NCBI GenBank assembly: GCA_965206345.1
Contig: OZ242211.1
Span: forward strand, 2,599,078 to 2,663,077
DNA length: 64,000 nt
Direction of reading: 5' to 3'
Origin: Arenicellales bacterium
GTDB taxonomy: Bacteria; Pseudomonadota; Gammaproteobacteria; Arenicellales; JAJDZL01
Shown here in pieces: positions 35,286 to 44,349 of this stretch (position 1 is the first letter of the stretch; each line of letters opens with the position of its first letter). The notes beneath the pieces are model-generated. The model was not told the DNA's origin and searched no databases. It was given only the letters and a program-made list of their open reading frames with translations. The position numbers were made by a program, and so were the translations under genes.

Positions 35286-36824
35286 TTGTCTGAATCTTTT
35301 CGATCATTGATCGATCATCGCACTGTTGAAGTTCCTGATCGTATTTTTCTAGTTGATCCGGATTCTGCTCTTAAGATGAGCCATTTGGAACTAAAAGAAA
35401 ATGCTGCTCGATTTGGCAACATGCTAAATCAGTTAGGCGCATCGTCTGCAAGTAATGTTGGATTCTTGATGGACAACGGCTACTGGACAGTCATAGTGAT
35501 GCTGGGAACGATGTATCACGGTTCGATGACAGTACCACTCAACGCAGTTGCGAGCCATCGAAATTTAAGGTTTGCTGTTGAAAATGCCAAGTTGGATTTA
35601 ATTTTCGTGAGCACTGCACACCGTTCCTTACTGGACAAAGTATTGTCTGACATTGATAGATTCATACAGGTCATTGAAGTGGATATGGAGCATGGGTTTG
35701 ATCTTGAGTTTTTGGAATTCTCTACTGAGTATGATTCAGAAATTGATTTGACCAAAGACACTCCTGCGATGATTTTGCATACTTCAGGAACGGTCGGTGT
35801 ACCTAAGGGTGCTGTATTGACTCACGGAAACTTAATCGCAGGTGGAAAGAATGTTGTATTGGCACAGAACCTGAATGAAGATGACGTTGCATTTTGTATT
35901 CTTCCGCTGTACCACATCAATGGTCAAGTTGTGACTGTAGTTGCGCCGTTAGTCAGTAGCTCCCAGGTCGTGATGCCGAGAAAGTTCAGTTTGTCGAAGT
36001 TTTGGTCGACGCTGACGGACAATCGGTGTACATGGTTCAGTACTGTGCCGACCATTACCAAATATTTGCTGGATGATGTGCATACTAAAGGCGGTGAACA
36101 AAACCTTCGGGACACATCTTGTTTAAGATTTGCCCGTTCGGCTTCGTCGGCCATGCCAGCGTCGATGCTAGTGGACTTTGAAGAGACTTTTGGTATTCCA
36201 ATGTTGGAATCGATGGGATTGACGGAGGCGGCAGCGCCAATTTTGGCCAATCCGATGCCACCCGCTACACGGAAGCCGGGATCAGTAGGAATCCCGTTCG
36301 GCAACAAAGTCAAGATCATTGATCATTCTGGTGATGATCTAGGACGCGGAGAAATTGGTGAGATTGTAGTACGTGGTGACAACGTCATTTCGGAGTACTA
36401 CAATGCGCGGGAGGCGACTGAATCCGCCTTCACAGCGGATGGATGGTTTCGAACCGGAGATCTCGGTTACCAGGATGATGATGGTTATTTCTTCGTGACA
36501 GGACGAATTAAGGAGCTAATTATCAAAGGTGGAGAAAATATTTCACCCAGAGAGATCGATGATGTGCTTTACAGGAACAAGGCAATTCTAGAAGTAGCGA
36601 CCTTTGGTTATCCGGACCCAGCATATGGACAAGTTGTTGCTATAGCGGTAGTTTTGAAAACGGGTCAATCGTACAGTGAAGAAGAACTGATGGAATATTG
36701 TCGGACAGAACTAGGTTCATTTCTATGTCCCAGTCGAATATTCTTTGTCGATGACCTGCCAAAAGGACCATCAGGAAAGATCCAACGATTGCAGGTCGCT
36801 AATAGCCTGATCCCGAAAGACTGA
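35286..36824 (+). CDS. AMP-forming acyl-CoA synthetase/ligase
   Basis: ILHTSGTVGVPKGAVLTH, WFRTGDLG, GRIKELIIKGGENISPREID, PKGPSGKIQR. Confidence 0.85.
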   Translation: MSESFRSLIDHRTVEVPDRIFLVDPDSALKMSHLELKENAARFGNMLNQLGASSASNVGFLMDNGYWTVIVMLGTMYHGSMTVPLNAVASHRNLRFAVENAKLDLIFVSTAHRSLLDKVLSDIDRFIQVIEVDMEHGFDLEFLEFSTEYDSEIDLTKDTPAMILHTSGTVGVPKGAVLTHGNLIAGGKNVVLAQNLNEDDVAFCILPLYHINGQVVTVVAPLVSSSQVVMPRKFSLSKFWSTLTDNRCTWFSTVPTITKYLLDDVHTKGGEQNLRDTSCLRFARSASSAMPASMLVDFEETFGIPMLESMGLTEAAAPILANPMPPATRKPGSVGIPFGNKVKIIDHSGDDLGRGEIGEIVVRGDNVISEYYNAREATESAFTADGWFRTGDLGYQDDDGYFFVTGRIKELIIKGGENISPREIDDVLYRNKAILEVATFGYPDPAYGQVVAIAVVLKTGQSYSEEELMEYCRTELGSFLCPSRIFFVDDLPKGPSGKIQRLQVANSLIPKD

Positions 36825-36839
36825 TATCTGGACAATGCC

Positions 36840-37637
36840 ATGAATGTTGATCGCAGTTTAGCGGGCAAGAATGCGTTTATCACTGGTTCAACTTCAGGTA
36901 TTGGGCTGGCAGTTGCAGAGCAATTGGCGGCTGGTGGCTGTAATATCGGTTTGAATGGATTTGCGACCTCTGAACAAATTCAGGAAATTTCATCTAAGTT
37001 TCAATCAGAGTATGAAGTTGAGGTTGCTTACTGTGGATTTGACTTGCGCGAGGTTGGCGAAATCAATGACGGGTTGACGAACTTCGCCAAGGAATATGGA
37101 CAAGTGGAAATTCTAGTCAATAACGCTGGCGTTCAATTTGTTTCCCGGATTGAGGATTTTCCAACAGAAAAATGGAATGAAATCATAGCAGTCAACCTGT
37201 CTGCGGTATTCCACTGCTCTAAGGCAGTCATTCCCAGAATGATTGCTAATCAGTGGGGACGAATCATCAATATTGCATCCGTACATGGACTGGTTGGAAG
37301 TGTTAACAAGTCAGCTTATATAGCCGCCAAGCATGGTGTAGTCGGGTTAACCAAGGTTATTGCACTCGAAAATGCGAAGTCTGGAATAACCTGTAATGCA
37401 ATCTGTCCTGGTTATGTAGACACGGATATTATTCGCAATCAAATTCAAGATCGATCTGCTTCTGAAAACATATCTGCAGATCAAGTTGTTTACGAGATGC
37501 TGCACGACAAGCATCCGACTGAACAGTTTATTGAGCCAGGTGAAATTGGTGCATTGGCTGCCTATCTTTGCAGCGATCAAGCCAGTGGCATAAACGGTTC
37601 GACATTGTCGATTGACGGCGGTTGGTCAGCTCACTGA
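36840..37637 (+). CDS. bdhA: 3-hydroxybutyrate dehydrogenase-type SDR
   Basis: ITGSTSGIGLAVAEQLAAGGCNIGLNGF, NNAGVQ, SAYIAAKHG (YxxxK). Confidence 0.75.
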   Translation: MNVDRSLAGKNAFITGSTSGIGLAVAEQLAAGGCNIGLNGFATSEQIQEISSKFQSEYEVEVAYCGFDLREVGEINDGLTNFAKEYGQVEILVNNAGVQFVSRIEDFPTEKWNEIIAVNLSAVFHCSKAVIPRMIANQWGRIINIASVHGLVGSVNKSAYIAAKHGVVGLTKVIALENAKSGITCNAICPGYVDTDIIRNQIQDRSASENISADQVVYEMLHDKHPTEQFIEPGEIGALAAYLCSDQASGINGSTLSIDGGWSAH

Positions 37638-37657
37638 ATAATAAATCTAAATCAAGG

Positions 37658-39079
37658 CTACTCCGCGGCCTTGACAAACTCCGCCCAAGCTGCATTAATG
37701 TGCCGCATTTCAGTTTGAATCGCGCCCGGTACAAATCGCATTACGTACACATCGTCAAGAATCGTGTGAGTTAAGAAGATTATTCCTTCGGAATTAATCT
37801 TCTCAAGAATCTGTTTGGTTTTCTCGTTTCCGTTCTTATGTCGGAAGCACACCAGATTTAATACCCTAGGTTGAAATATCTCATAACTTGAGTTCTCTTC
37901 AACCAGCGATTCAAAATGTTCTGCGAGTTCGATATGTTTACGTATATGTGCGCGCAATCCCTCCACGCCGTAGTGACGAATCACAAACCAGAGCTTTAGC
38001 GAACGAAAGCGCCGACCAAGCGAAATCTGCCAGCCGCTGTAGTCAAAAACCTGACCAGATTCGGTTGCTTTGTTTCGCAGGTACTCGGGAGTGATTGTTA
38101 AGGCATTAACCAAGTCGGGTTTGTTTGCCACATAGAAAAGGTCGCTGTCGAAATTAGTCAGCAGCCATTTGTGTGGATTAAAGCAGTAGCTATCGACTAA
38201 CTCGACACCGTCTAGCACATCGCGAAATTCAGGACACACCGTAGCGGAACCCGCATAGGCTGCATCAACATGTACCCAAATTTGGTTCTTGTTTGCAATT
38301 TCACAAATTTCACGTACTGGGTCAATCGCTAGTGATGAGGTAGTGCCGATTGTTGCGCAAATGAATGCTGGAATGAGATCATTATCAGTGTCAATTTTGA
38401 CTTGTGTGGCAAAATCATCAGCTCTAATCGCAAAGCTGCCATCAACGTCAAGGCGTCGAATCTGCCCTTCTCGAAATCCCGCAATTCTCAGGCTCTTTTC
38501 TGCTGAGGAATGAGTGTGTCCTGAAATATAGGCGGTCAGATTTGTAATGTTCCGTTTGGGATTGGAAGTCAGTGCCTTCTCCCTTGCCGCTACCGCAGCG
38601 CAAAGAGCCGCGCTTGATGCAGAGTCCTGAATAACGCCGCCGCCTGACTGACTTGAATGAAAATGCTCTGGTAACCCGGCAATATCAACCATCCAGTCTA
38701 GTACCAGAGTTTCCAACTCTGTACAGGCCGGACTGGTTGACCACAACATTCCTTGAATGCCAAATCCAGATGACAGAAAGTCGCCCAAGATTGATGGGCC
38801 GGATGCGTGCGAAGGAAAATATCCGTAGAAGTTTGGAGATTGCCAGTGAGTGAGTCCTGGAATAATTTTTGAATCAACGTCGTTTAGAACATTCTGAAAT
38901 GGCTCGCCCTGTTCTGGAGGACGGGCGGGCAGACTACTATAGACTTCGCCTGGTTCAACTTGAGACAGCACTGGATATTGCTCAATGTTGCGCATATAGT
39001 CAGCAATCAGGTCAACCATTTGGTAACCTTTTTGACGAAATTGTTCAGGATTCAGGTGATTTGGATTTTGTTGCGACAT
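37658..39079 (-). CDS. Group II PLP-dependent (aromatic-L-amino-acid/DDC-like) decarboxylase
   Basis: HWQSPNFYGYFPS, VHVDAAYAGSA, PLP-lysine block FNPHKWLL. Confidence 0.85.
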   Translation of the reverse strand: MSQQNPNHLNPEQFRQKGYQMVDLIADYMRNIEQYPVLSQVEPGEVYSSLPARPPEQGEPFQNVLNDVDSKIIPGLTHWQSPNFYGYFPSHASGPSILGDFLSSGFGIQGMLWSTSPACTELETLVLDWMVDIAGLPEHFHSSQSGGGVIQDSASSAALCAAVAAREKALTSNPKRNITNLTAYISGHTHSSAEKSLRIAGFREGQIRRLDVDGSFAIRADDFATQVKIDTDNDLIPAFICATIGTTSSLAIDPVREICEIANKNQIWVHVDAAYAGSATVCPEFRDVLDGVELVDSYCFNPHKWLLTNFDSDLFYVANKPDLVNALTITPEYLRNKATESGQVFDYSGWQISLGRRFRSLKLWFVIRHYGVEGLRAHIRKHIELAEHFESLVEENSSYEIFQPRVLNLVCFRHKNGNEKTKQILEKINSEGIIFLTHTILDDVYVMRFVPGAIQTEMRHINAAWAEFVKAAE

Positions 39080-39516
39080 AAGTGAACAGGTACTCTGACA
39101 TTTTGTTGATCTGAATTAATGAAAATAGTTTAAAGAAATTCTAGATTCTGTGAGTGATTGATTCGACCCGAGTCATTACATCAAATAAACCGATCAAATA
39201 ATCACATATTGTCACGTTCGGGAAAAATGTGATAGTAACCAAAATTGAGAAGAGCGAATTTTATGAGCGGTACGATATTCCCAGAAGTTATGTGAAAAGG
39301 AAGCTGTTTGGATCGATTACTTCCATAGCTCTCTCCAATAACTCTCTAATTCAATTCGTTGAATGAAGATTTATTGTTCGCTATCAGGTGATAGTCAATG
39401 TGAGAATCCATCTACAATTTGTCAAAATACCAAAAAAACGCTAGTATATTAGACTGTTGTCAAAGAATATTACGATTAATTTAGACTTATATAGAAAATA
39501 CTTGTAAAATTGAGAC

Positions 39517-40662
39517 ATGCAACGTTATTTAGAACCCAATGTGATTGAGGACCTAAATCGAAAAATGGTTTTTGTTGGTGGTCCTCGACAAGTTGGAAAA
39601 ACAACCCTTTCCCTCAATATTGCACCCAATGGGTATCGGTACCTGAACTGGGATGACCTGGAAGATCGAGAATTTATGTTGAGAGAAAAATATCCCGTTG
39701 AATCATTCGTAATATTTGATGAAATTCATAAATTCGGAAATTGGCGAAACTACATCAAGGGTTTTTATGATAAGCACTCTAGTGGAAAGAAAATCTTAGT
39801 AACTGGCAGTGCGAGGCTTGACTACTATCGCCATTCTGGTGACTCTTTACAGGGCCGTTATCACTATTACCGATTGCATCCATTGACTGTGGACGAACTC
39901 GAAATTCGATCACAAACCGAATTAGAATTCCTATTGATATTGGGTGGATTCCCAGAACCATTTCTATCTGGATCGCAAAAGCAGGCTCGTCGTTGGATGC
40001 GTGAATTCCGAACTAGGGTAGTGAATGAGGATATTAGAGACCTGGAATTGACGCAAAAGTTATCTTCCATGGAATTGCTGTTGTTGCGATTACCTGAACT
40101 AGTCGGTAGTCCTTTATCAATCAACGCGCTTCGAGAAGATCTGGACTGTGCCCACAAGACAGTCTCTAGCTGGTTGAGTATTTTCGAAAGAATGTACTTG
40201 ATTTATAGACTTTCCCCACTAGGTTCGCCAAAGATTAGAGCTGTAAAAAAAGAGCAGAAGCATTATCACTACAATTGGGCAGAAGTGGAAGATGAAGGGC
40301 TACGATTCGAAAATTTGGTCGCAAGTCACATACTAAAGTGGGTTCACTTTATTCAGGACTGGGAGGGTCGTGATGTCGACCTGGTTTATTTTCGGGATGT
40401 TGACGGGCGGGAAGTAGATTTGATCATTACGGAAAACAATCAACCTGTTTGTGCGGTCGAATGTAAACTTCGCTTTAGAGGCATCTCCAAGAATTTGAAG
40501 TACTTCAAGTCAAAATTTCCTGAATGCGATGCAGTTCAAGTTCATCAATATGATCTTCAGGAATTCATTTCAATAGATGGAATTCATGTAATTGGATGGA
40601 GGAGGCTGCTATTAGATTATGGGATTCAAATCGCTCAAACCAACTCATTAAGGTTCTCTTAA
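39517..40662 (+). CDS. AAA ATPase with DUF4143-type C-terminal domain
   Basis: GGPRQVGKTT, Walker B FVIFDEIHK, and a C-terminal block REVDLIITENNQPVCAVECK. AT-rich spacers flank it on both sides. Confidence 0.8.
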   Translation: MQRYLEPNVIEDLNRKMVFVGGPRQVGKTTLSLNIAPNGYRYLNWDDLEDREFMLREKYPVESFVIFDEIHKFGNWRNYIKGFYDKHSSGKKILVTGSARLDYYRHSGDSLQGRYHYYRLHPLTVDELEIRSQTELEFLLILGGFPEPFLSGSQKQARRWMREFRTRVVNEDIRDLELTQKLSSMELLLLRLPELVGSPLSINALREDLDCAHKTVSSWLSIFERMYLIYRLSPLGSPKIRAVKKEQKHYHYNWAEVEDEGLRFENLVASHILKWVHFIQDWEGRDVDLVYFRDVDGREVDLIITENNQPVCAVECKLRFRGISKNLKYFKSKFPECDAVQVHQYDLQEFISIDGIHVIGWRRLLLDYGIQIAQTNSLRFS

Positions 40663-40899
40663 TGTGACGGGGGACATTGATTCTGTAGCCAGATTTATCC
40701 ATCGCTACGCTTCCAATTGCTGAGACTAATCAAGAATATATTCCCCGAATTATCAATCGAGTGCAGAATTAGAGTGAATGATTGTGATTGTGAGATCACG
40801 AACTAGCCCTTCAAGTAAATACTGAAAAATGCTTCCATATCAACTTGTTTCCTGGCATAGTAAATTTAGCAGCACTTAGTGAAGCAACCTGAAACTTGT

Positions 40900-41622
40900 T
40901 CAATCCAGATCATTGACTCTCCCCTTACCAGTCACCTTGACAGCATTTTCTGTTGTAGTTCCGTAGTAGTCAAGGGTCGAGTTACCAGTCAAAGAACCAG
41001 AAAGTTTGCCGCCATCCATGGAAAGAACGGTTTTCGATTTTCCAGTATTATTGACATAAGCGTTCTTTGTTGGTACTGATTCCAGATCGACATAGTTGTT
41101 TCCAAGCGCGCTTAGAACTAGTGTGTCAAATCGTCCTCCTTTACCTTTGATGACATTTCTTCCCGTAATTGACAAATCAATTCTTTCTCCTTCAAATTTG
41201 TTGATGTTCAAAGAATTTCTCCCAGTTAATGCCAGTGCCGTCAGTGTGGGAATGGAAATGACCGCTACAGAATATTTTCTAGAGCCAAAGCCTGGTGGAT
41301 CGTACTCCAATTTAAAGCGCTTGTTTCGCTGACCATGTTTCAATAAGTGTTCAGTGTTTTTCGGAAAGGAAATTTCCACTTTCCATTCTTCACTCTGTTT
41401 AAGATCAATGATCCATCTGCCCTCAATTTCAATTTCTTCAATTTCTCGTAAGCTCAAATTTTTTACTACCCTATGCTCATCATCCAAAACATGAGACGCA
41501 TTTGATTGGTGTGCAAGTAAATTCCCCTTGAGAATTGAAATGGACAAAATAATTGTCAAAAGTATCAGAAATCCAAGCACCGAATATAAGACGATTTGAC
41601 TGGTTCTAAATTTTCGTTTCAT
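40900..41622 (-). CDS. Membrane-anchored DUF2807/GIN-like beta-helix repeat protein
   Basis: N-terminal TM anchor IVLYSVLGFLILLTIILSISIL after MKRKFRT, then repeated ..TG.N...... strands (LALTGRNSLNI, LSITGRNVIKG, GSLTGNSTLDY, VKVTGKGRV). Confidence 0.5.
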   Translation of the reverse strand: MKRKFRTSQIVLYSVLGFLILLTIILSISILKGNLLAHQSNASHVLDDEHRVVKNLSLREIEEIEIEGRWIIDLKQSEEWKVEISFPKNTEHLLKHGQRNKRFKLEYDPPGFGSRKYSVAVISIPTLTALALTGRNSLNINKFEGERIDLSITGRNVIKGKGGRFDTLVLSALGNNYVDLESVPTKNAYVNNTGKSKTVLSMDGGKLSGSLTGNSTLDYYGTTTENAVKVTGKGRVNDLD

Positions 41623-41998
41623 CGGAATCCTCTCCAGAATTGGTTTCATTGTCACGAAAGTGCATCGCAATTTCTTCAGGTCTTATATCGAGCAATCGCA
41701 TAGTATTGATAATCTTAGGAAGATCCTTTTCCAAGAATTCATTTCTCAAAGTGTGAACAATGCTTGAAACGGCTTCCTCAGTTACAAAAAATCCTCTCCC
41801 TCGCTGGTTTGCCAGAATTCTTCGCTCTACCAATGCTTGATAGCTTCGGGCAACTGTATTTGGATTGACACCCAACTCCACTGCCATCTCCCTTACGGAT
41901 GGAATCTGGTCGCCTGCGATCCAGACGCCTTGCAAAATCTGTTCTTGAACCCGATCTGCAATTTGTTGATAAATTCCTTTGGGATCACTGAACTCCAT
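41606..41998 (-). CDS. GntR-family regulator, YtrA subfamily
   Basis: IYQQIADRVQEQILQGVWIAGDQIPSVREMAVELGVNPNTVARSYQALVERRILANQRGRGFFV. The short C-terminal domain is typical of YtrA. Confidence 0.85.
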   Translation of the reverse strand: MEFSDPKGIYQQIADRVQEQILQGVWIAGDQIPSVREMAVELGVNPNTVARSYQALVERRILANQRGRGFFVTEEAVSSIVHTLRNEFLEKDLPKIINTMRLLDIRPEEIAMHFRDNETNSGEDSDETKI

Positions 41999-42821
41999 GA
42001 TCTACCTGAACCTCTTTTAGTCGGAGCCACGCGATCCACCATAGAACAGGCGGAAGTAGTGCAATCACTATCCAGAAGACCGTTGCAAGAAAACTCCAGT
42101 TGGCAGCTAACAGTTGATGGAAAAAGTCGTGCGCTATCCCGAAGTGGAAGAAATCAAGTTGATTGTAAGTTCCTGTGTCCGGACCTTGTTGAAAATTCTG
42201 TCCGTGCAGATGCTGCCATTCGGTGGCACCAATGGTGATGCGAGCAGTGATCAGAATCGCTGTAGCCAATATTAAATAAAACAGAATGATAGCGAAACTC
42301 GTGATGAGAAAATTAAATCGTCTGAACCAGATCGCACCAAGGAAAAATGGTGCCTGAATGATGATGTAGTATCCGAATATCTTCCAGATTTCTATGTCTA
42401 AGGGATTGAACAGTGGACGATTGGTTCCAAAAATGATCGTGCTGAATGTTTCAATGATGGCAGACAGAGCTAAAAGAAAAATGGGCAGAAAAAGTCCGAT
42501 TCCTACGGTAACAGGTAGAAGTCGTGCGAAAAATTTTTCGAGAGACGAAGCGGGCAGTAACAGATACGCTTCATTGCGAGTTGGATCATGTACAACACGG
42601 AAAGATCGGCTGGTTGCGAAAATACCCCAAATAAAGAGGGCATAGCCATACAGTTCTTGATGCATTGAATGGTCCACATGTCCCCAATGGATTTGTTGTA
42701 GAGACAACAGTAGAACGGCAAATATCGCTGTTCCTGCAGCCCAGGTGAGAGCACGCCTTTCTTCAAGAAAGTCAGCGCGCATCAGTGACCAGAGTCTATA
42801 CGCTGAAAATGAAGATGTCAT
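41985..42821 (-). CDS. Polytopic membrane protein (putative permease partner of the adjacent ABC ATPase)
   Basis: About six hydrophobic segments. It overlaps both neighbours (4 nt and 14 nt). Confidence 0.6.
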   Translation of the reverse strand: MTSSFSAYRLWSLMRADFLEERRALTWAAGTAIFAVLLLSLQQIHWGHVDHSMHQELYGYALFIWGIFATSRSFRVVHDPTRNEAYLLLPASSLEKFFARLLPVTVGIGLFLPIFLLALSAIIETFSTIIFGTNRPLFNPLDIEIWKIFGYYIIIQAPFFLGAIWFRRFNFLITSFAIILFYLILATAILITARITIGATEWQHLHGQNFQQGPDTGTYNQLDFFHFGIAHDFFHQLLAANWSFLATVFWIVIALLPPVLWWIAWLRLKEVQVDHGVQ

Positions 42822-43669
42822 AAATTATGGACTCCGCTAGTGAACTGTGTAAATTTCTCAGGGTTTGTAATGGCAGTCTTAAACAAAAGTTCTAAGTCTT
42901 GGTGTTCGTCATTTGTTTCGGTATCAGCCCATACAGCTGCATAACCACCCAAACTTGGCTCTGTGTACAAGAGTTTCTCAGAGTTTGAGTCCGGTCGGCT
43001 TGACTCCTGGCTGATGCGAAGAGCTGATGAAATTTGAGAGAGGCTTTGATTACAAATAAAGTTGCCTTCGTGCAGGATTAGAACGTTATCGATTAAGAGT
43101 TCGATGTCTTTCACTTGATGAGTGGCAATAATCAATATCCTGTCCTCAGTCAGAGCCTCAGCAACAATTTTCCGAAACTGCCCTTTTGAAGGTATGTCCA
43201 AGCCGTTGGTTGGCTCATCCAGAATCATGATGGATGGTCTGCAGGCGAGTCCAAATGCCAGATGAAATTTCTTTTTTTCACCAAGCGACAGACTAGTCAG
43301 TATTTGCCCACGAGGTACAGACATCTCTTCAAGTAGACTTTCCAGATAGCTGAAATCAAAATTCGGATAGAGACGAGCCATTCGTGAAACAAATTTCTTA
43401 TCCGTGATTGTGGGTAAGTGAAGTGTTTCTGGGAGCATGTAGATTTCGGAGAGCATACTCGGATTCCGTTGAACAGGGTCATAACCGAGTACACGGATAC
43501 CGCCTTCGTGAGGGAATAACAACCCACTGAGTAATCGCAGTAAAGTTGACTTGCCCGCACCGTTGAGTCCCAGTAGGCCGTAAATTTGGCCTGATTCAAG
43601 TGCAAAACTCATCCCATTAAATAGATTTTGCTTTTTGTAACCGAACTGTATGTTTTCTAATTCAATCAT
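42818..43669 (-). CDS. ABC transporter ATP-binding protein (YtrB-like)
   Basis: GLNGAGKST, LSLGEKKK, MILDEPTNGLD. Confidence 0.9.
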   Translation of the reverse strand: MIELENIQFGYKKQNLFNGMSFALESGQIYGLLGLNGAGKSTLLRLLSGLLFPHEGGIRVLGYDPVQRNPSMLSEIYMLPETLHLPTITDKKFVSRMARLYPNFDFSYLESLLEEMSVPRGQILTSLSLGEKKKFHLAFGLACRPSIMILDEPTNGLDIPSKGQFRKIVAEALTEDRILIIATHQVKDIELLIDNVLILHEGNFICNQSLSQISSALRISQESSRPDSNSEKLLYTEPSLGGYAAVWADTETNDEHQDLELLFKTAITNPEKFTQFTSGVHNL

Positions 43670-44107
43670 TATTCCGATCTTGTTTGAGGTGATGATTGCT
43701 TCTACTGTATTAGTGTAATAATACAGTAGACAATAAAAAAGTCAAGTCTAAATTTGAAAAAATTCAAAATTTAGTTTGCCACCCGAATTCAATTCAGGAT
43801 GTGAAAGAAAGATTAGGTACAGAAACCGAGATTCTGAAATAGAATCAATTAGATGGTAACGTTCAATGATTCAACCCAGGACACTAGGTCGAAGCTACGC
43901 AGGGGAGACTGATGATCAGTTGATGAGAGAATGAAATTGAGGAATGGGTTGAATATCGCAAGAGATTCCGAGTGAAATCGATTGGATATCCAAGAGCATG
44001 GAATCTGAAAGAGAGCGTTCAGCCTTCCAAACTATTGCACCTTGTGGTGAGGGCAGACAAAGCTACATCCGTATCAAAATTTCCCAATTAACCGCAAGAA
44101 TTCAAAA

Positions 44108-44269
44108 CTACTTTGCTCTACGAGTTGTGACTTCACCGCAACGTTCACACTCGACAGTTTCGACCTTTCCGGCCGTACCGAAGCCAAACTTGACCTCGAC
44201 TATTCGATACTTGTGAAATCCGATTCGACACAGCCACAATCCGAGCTTGGTTGACAGATTGTCATTCAT
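44108..44269 (-). CDS. Small (53 aa) Cys-pair protein missed by the 60-aa ORF cut-off
   Basis: My own translation: MNDNLSTKLGLWLCRIGFHKYRIVEVKFGFGTAGKVETVECERCGEVTTRRAK. The C-R-x-G-F-H-K ... C-x-R-C-G pattern is reminiscent of small DUF1660-like proteins. The RBS is weak. Confidence 0.35.
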   Translation of the reverse strand: MNDNLSTKLGLWLCRIGFHKYRIVEVKFGFGTAGKVETVECERCGEVTTRRAK

Positions 44270-44349
44270 AACAGTGGCCTGTTCACTCGGGTTTTAATGA
44301 GTTGATTTCGGCAATAAACACACTCCAGGTCGGTCGCAATAACTGAGTT

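Noticed and set aside
43998-44216. The listed 72-aa plus-strand ORF.
   Set aside because: It is featureless and Ser/Thr/Arg-rich. It lies antisense to a shorter ORF with a credible Cys-pair pattern, which I preferred at low confidence.
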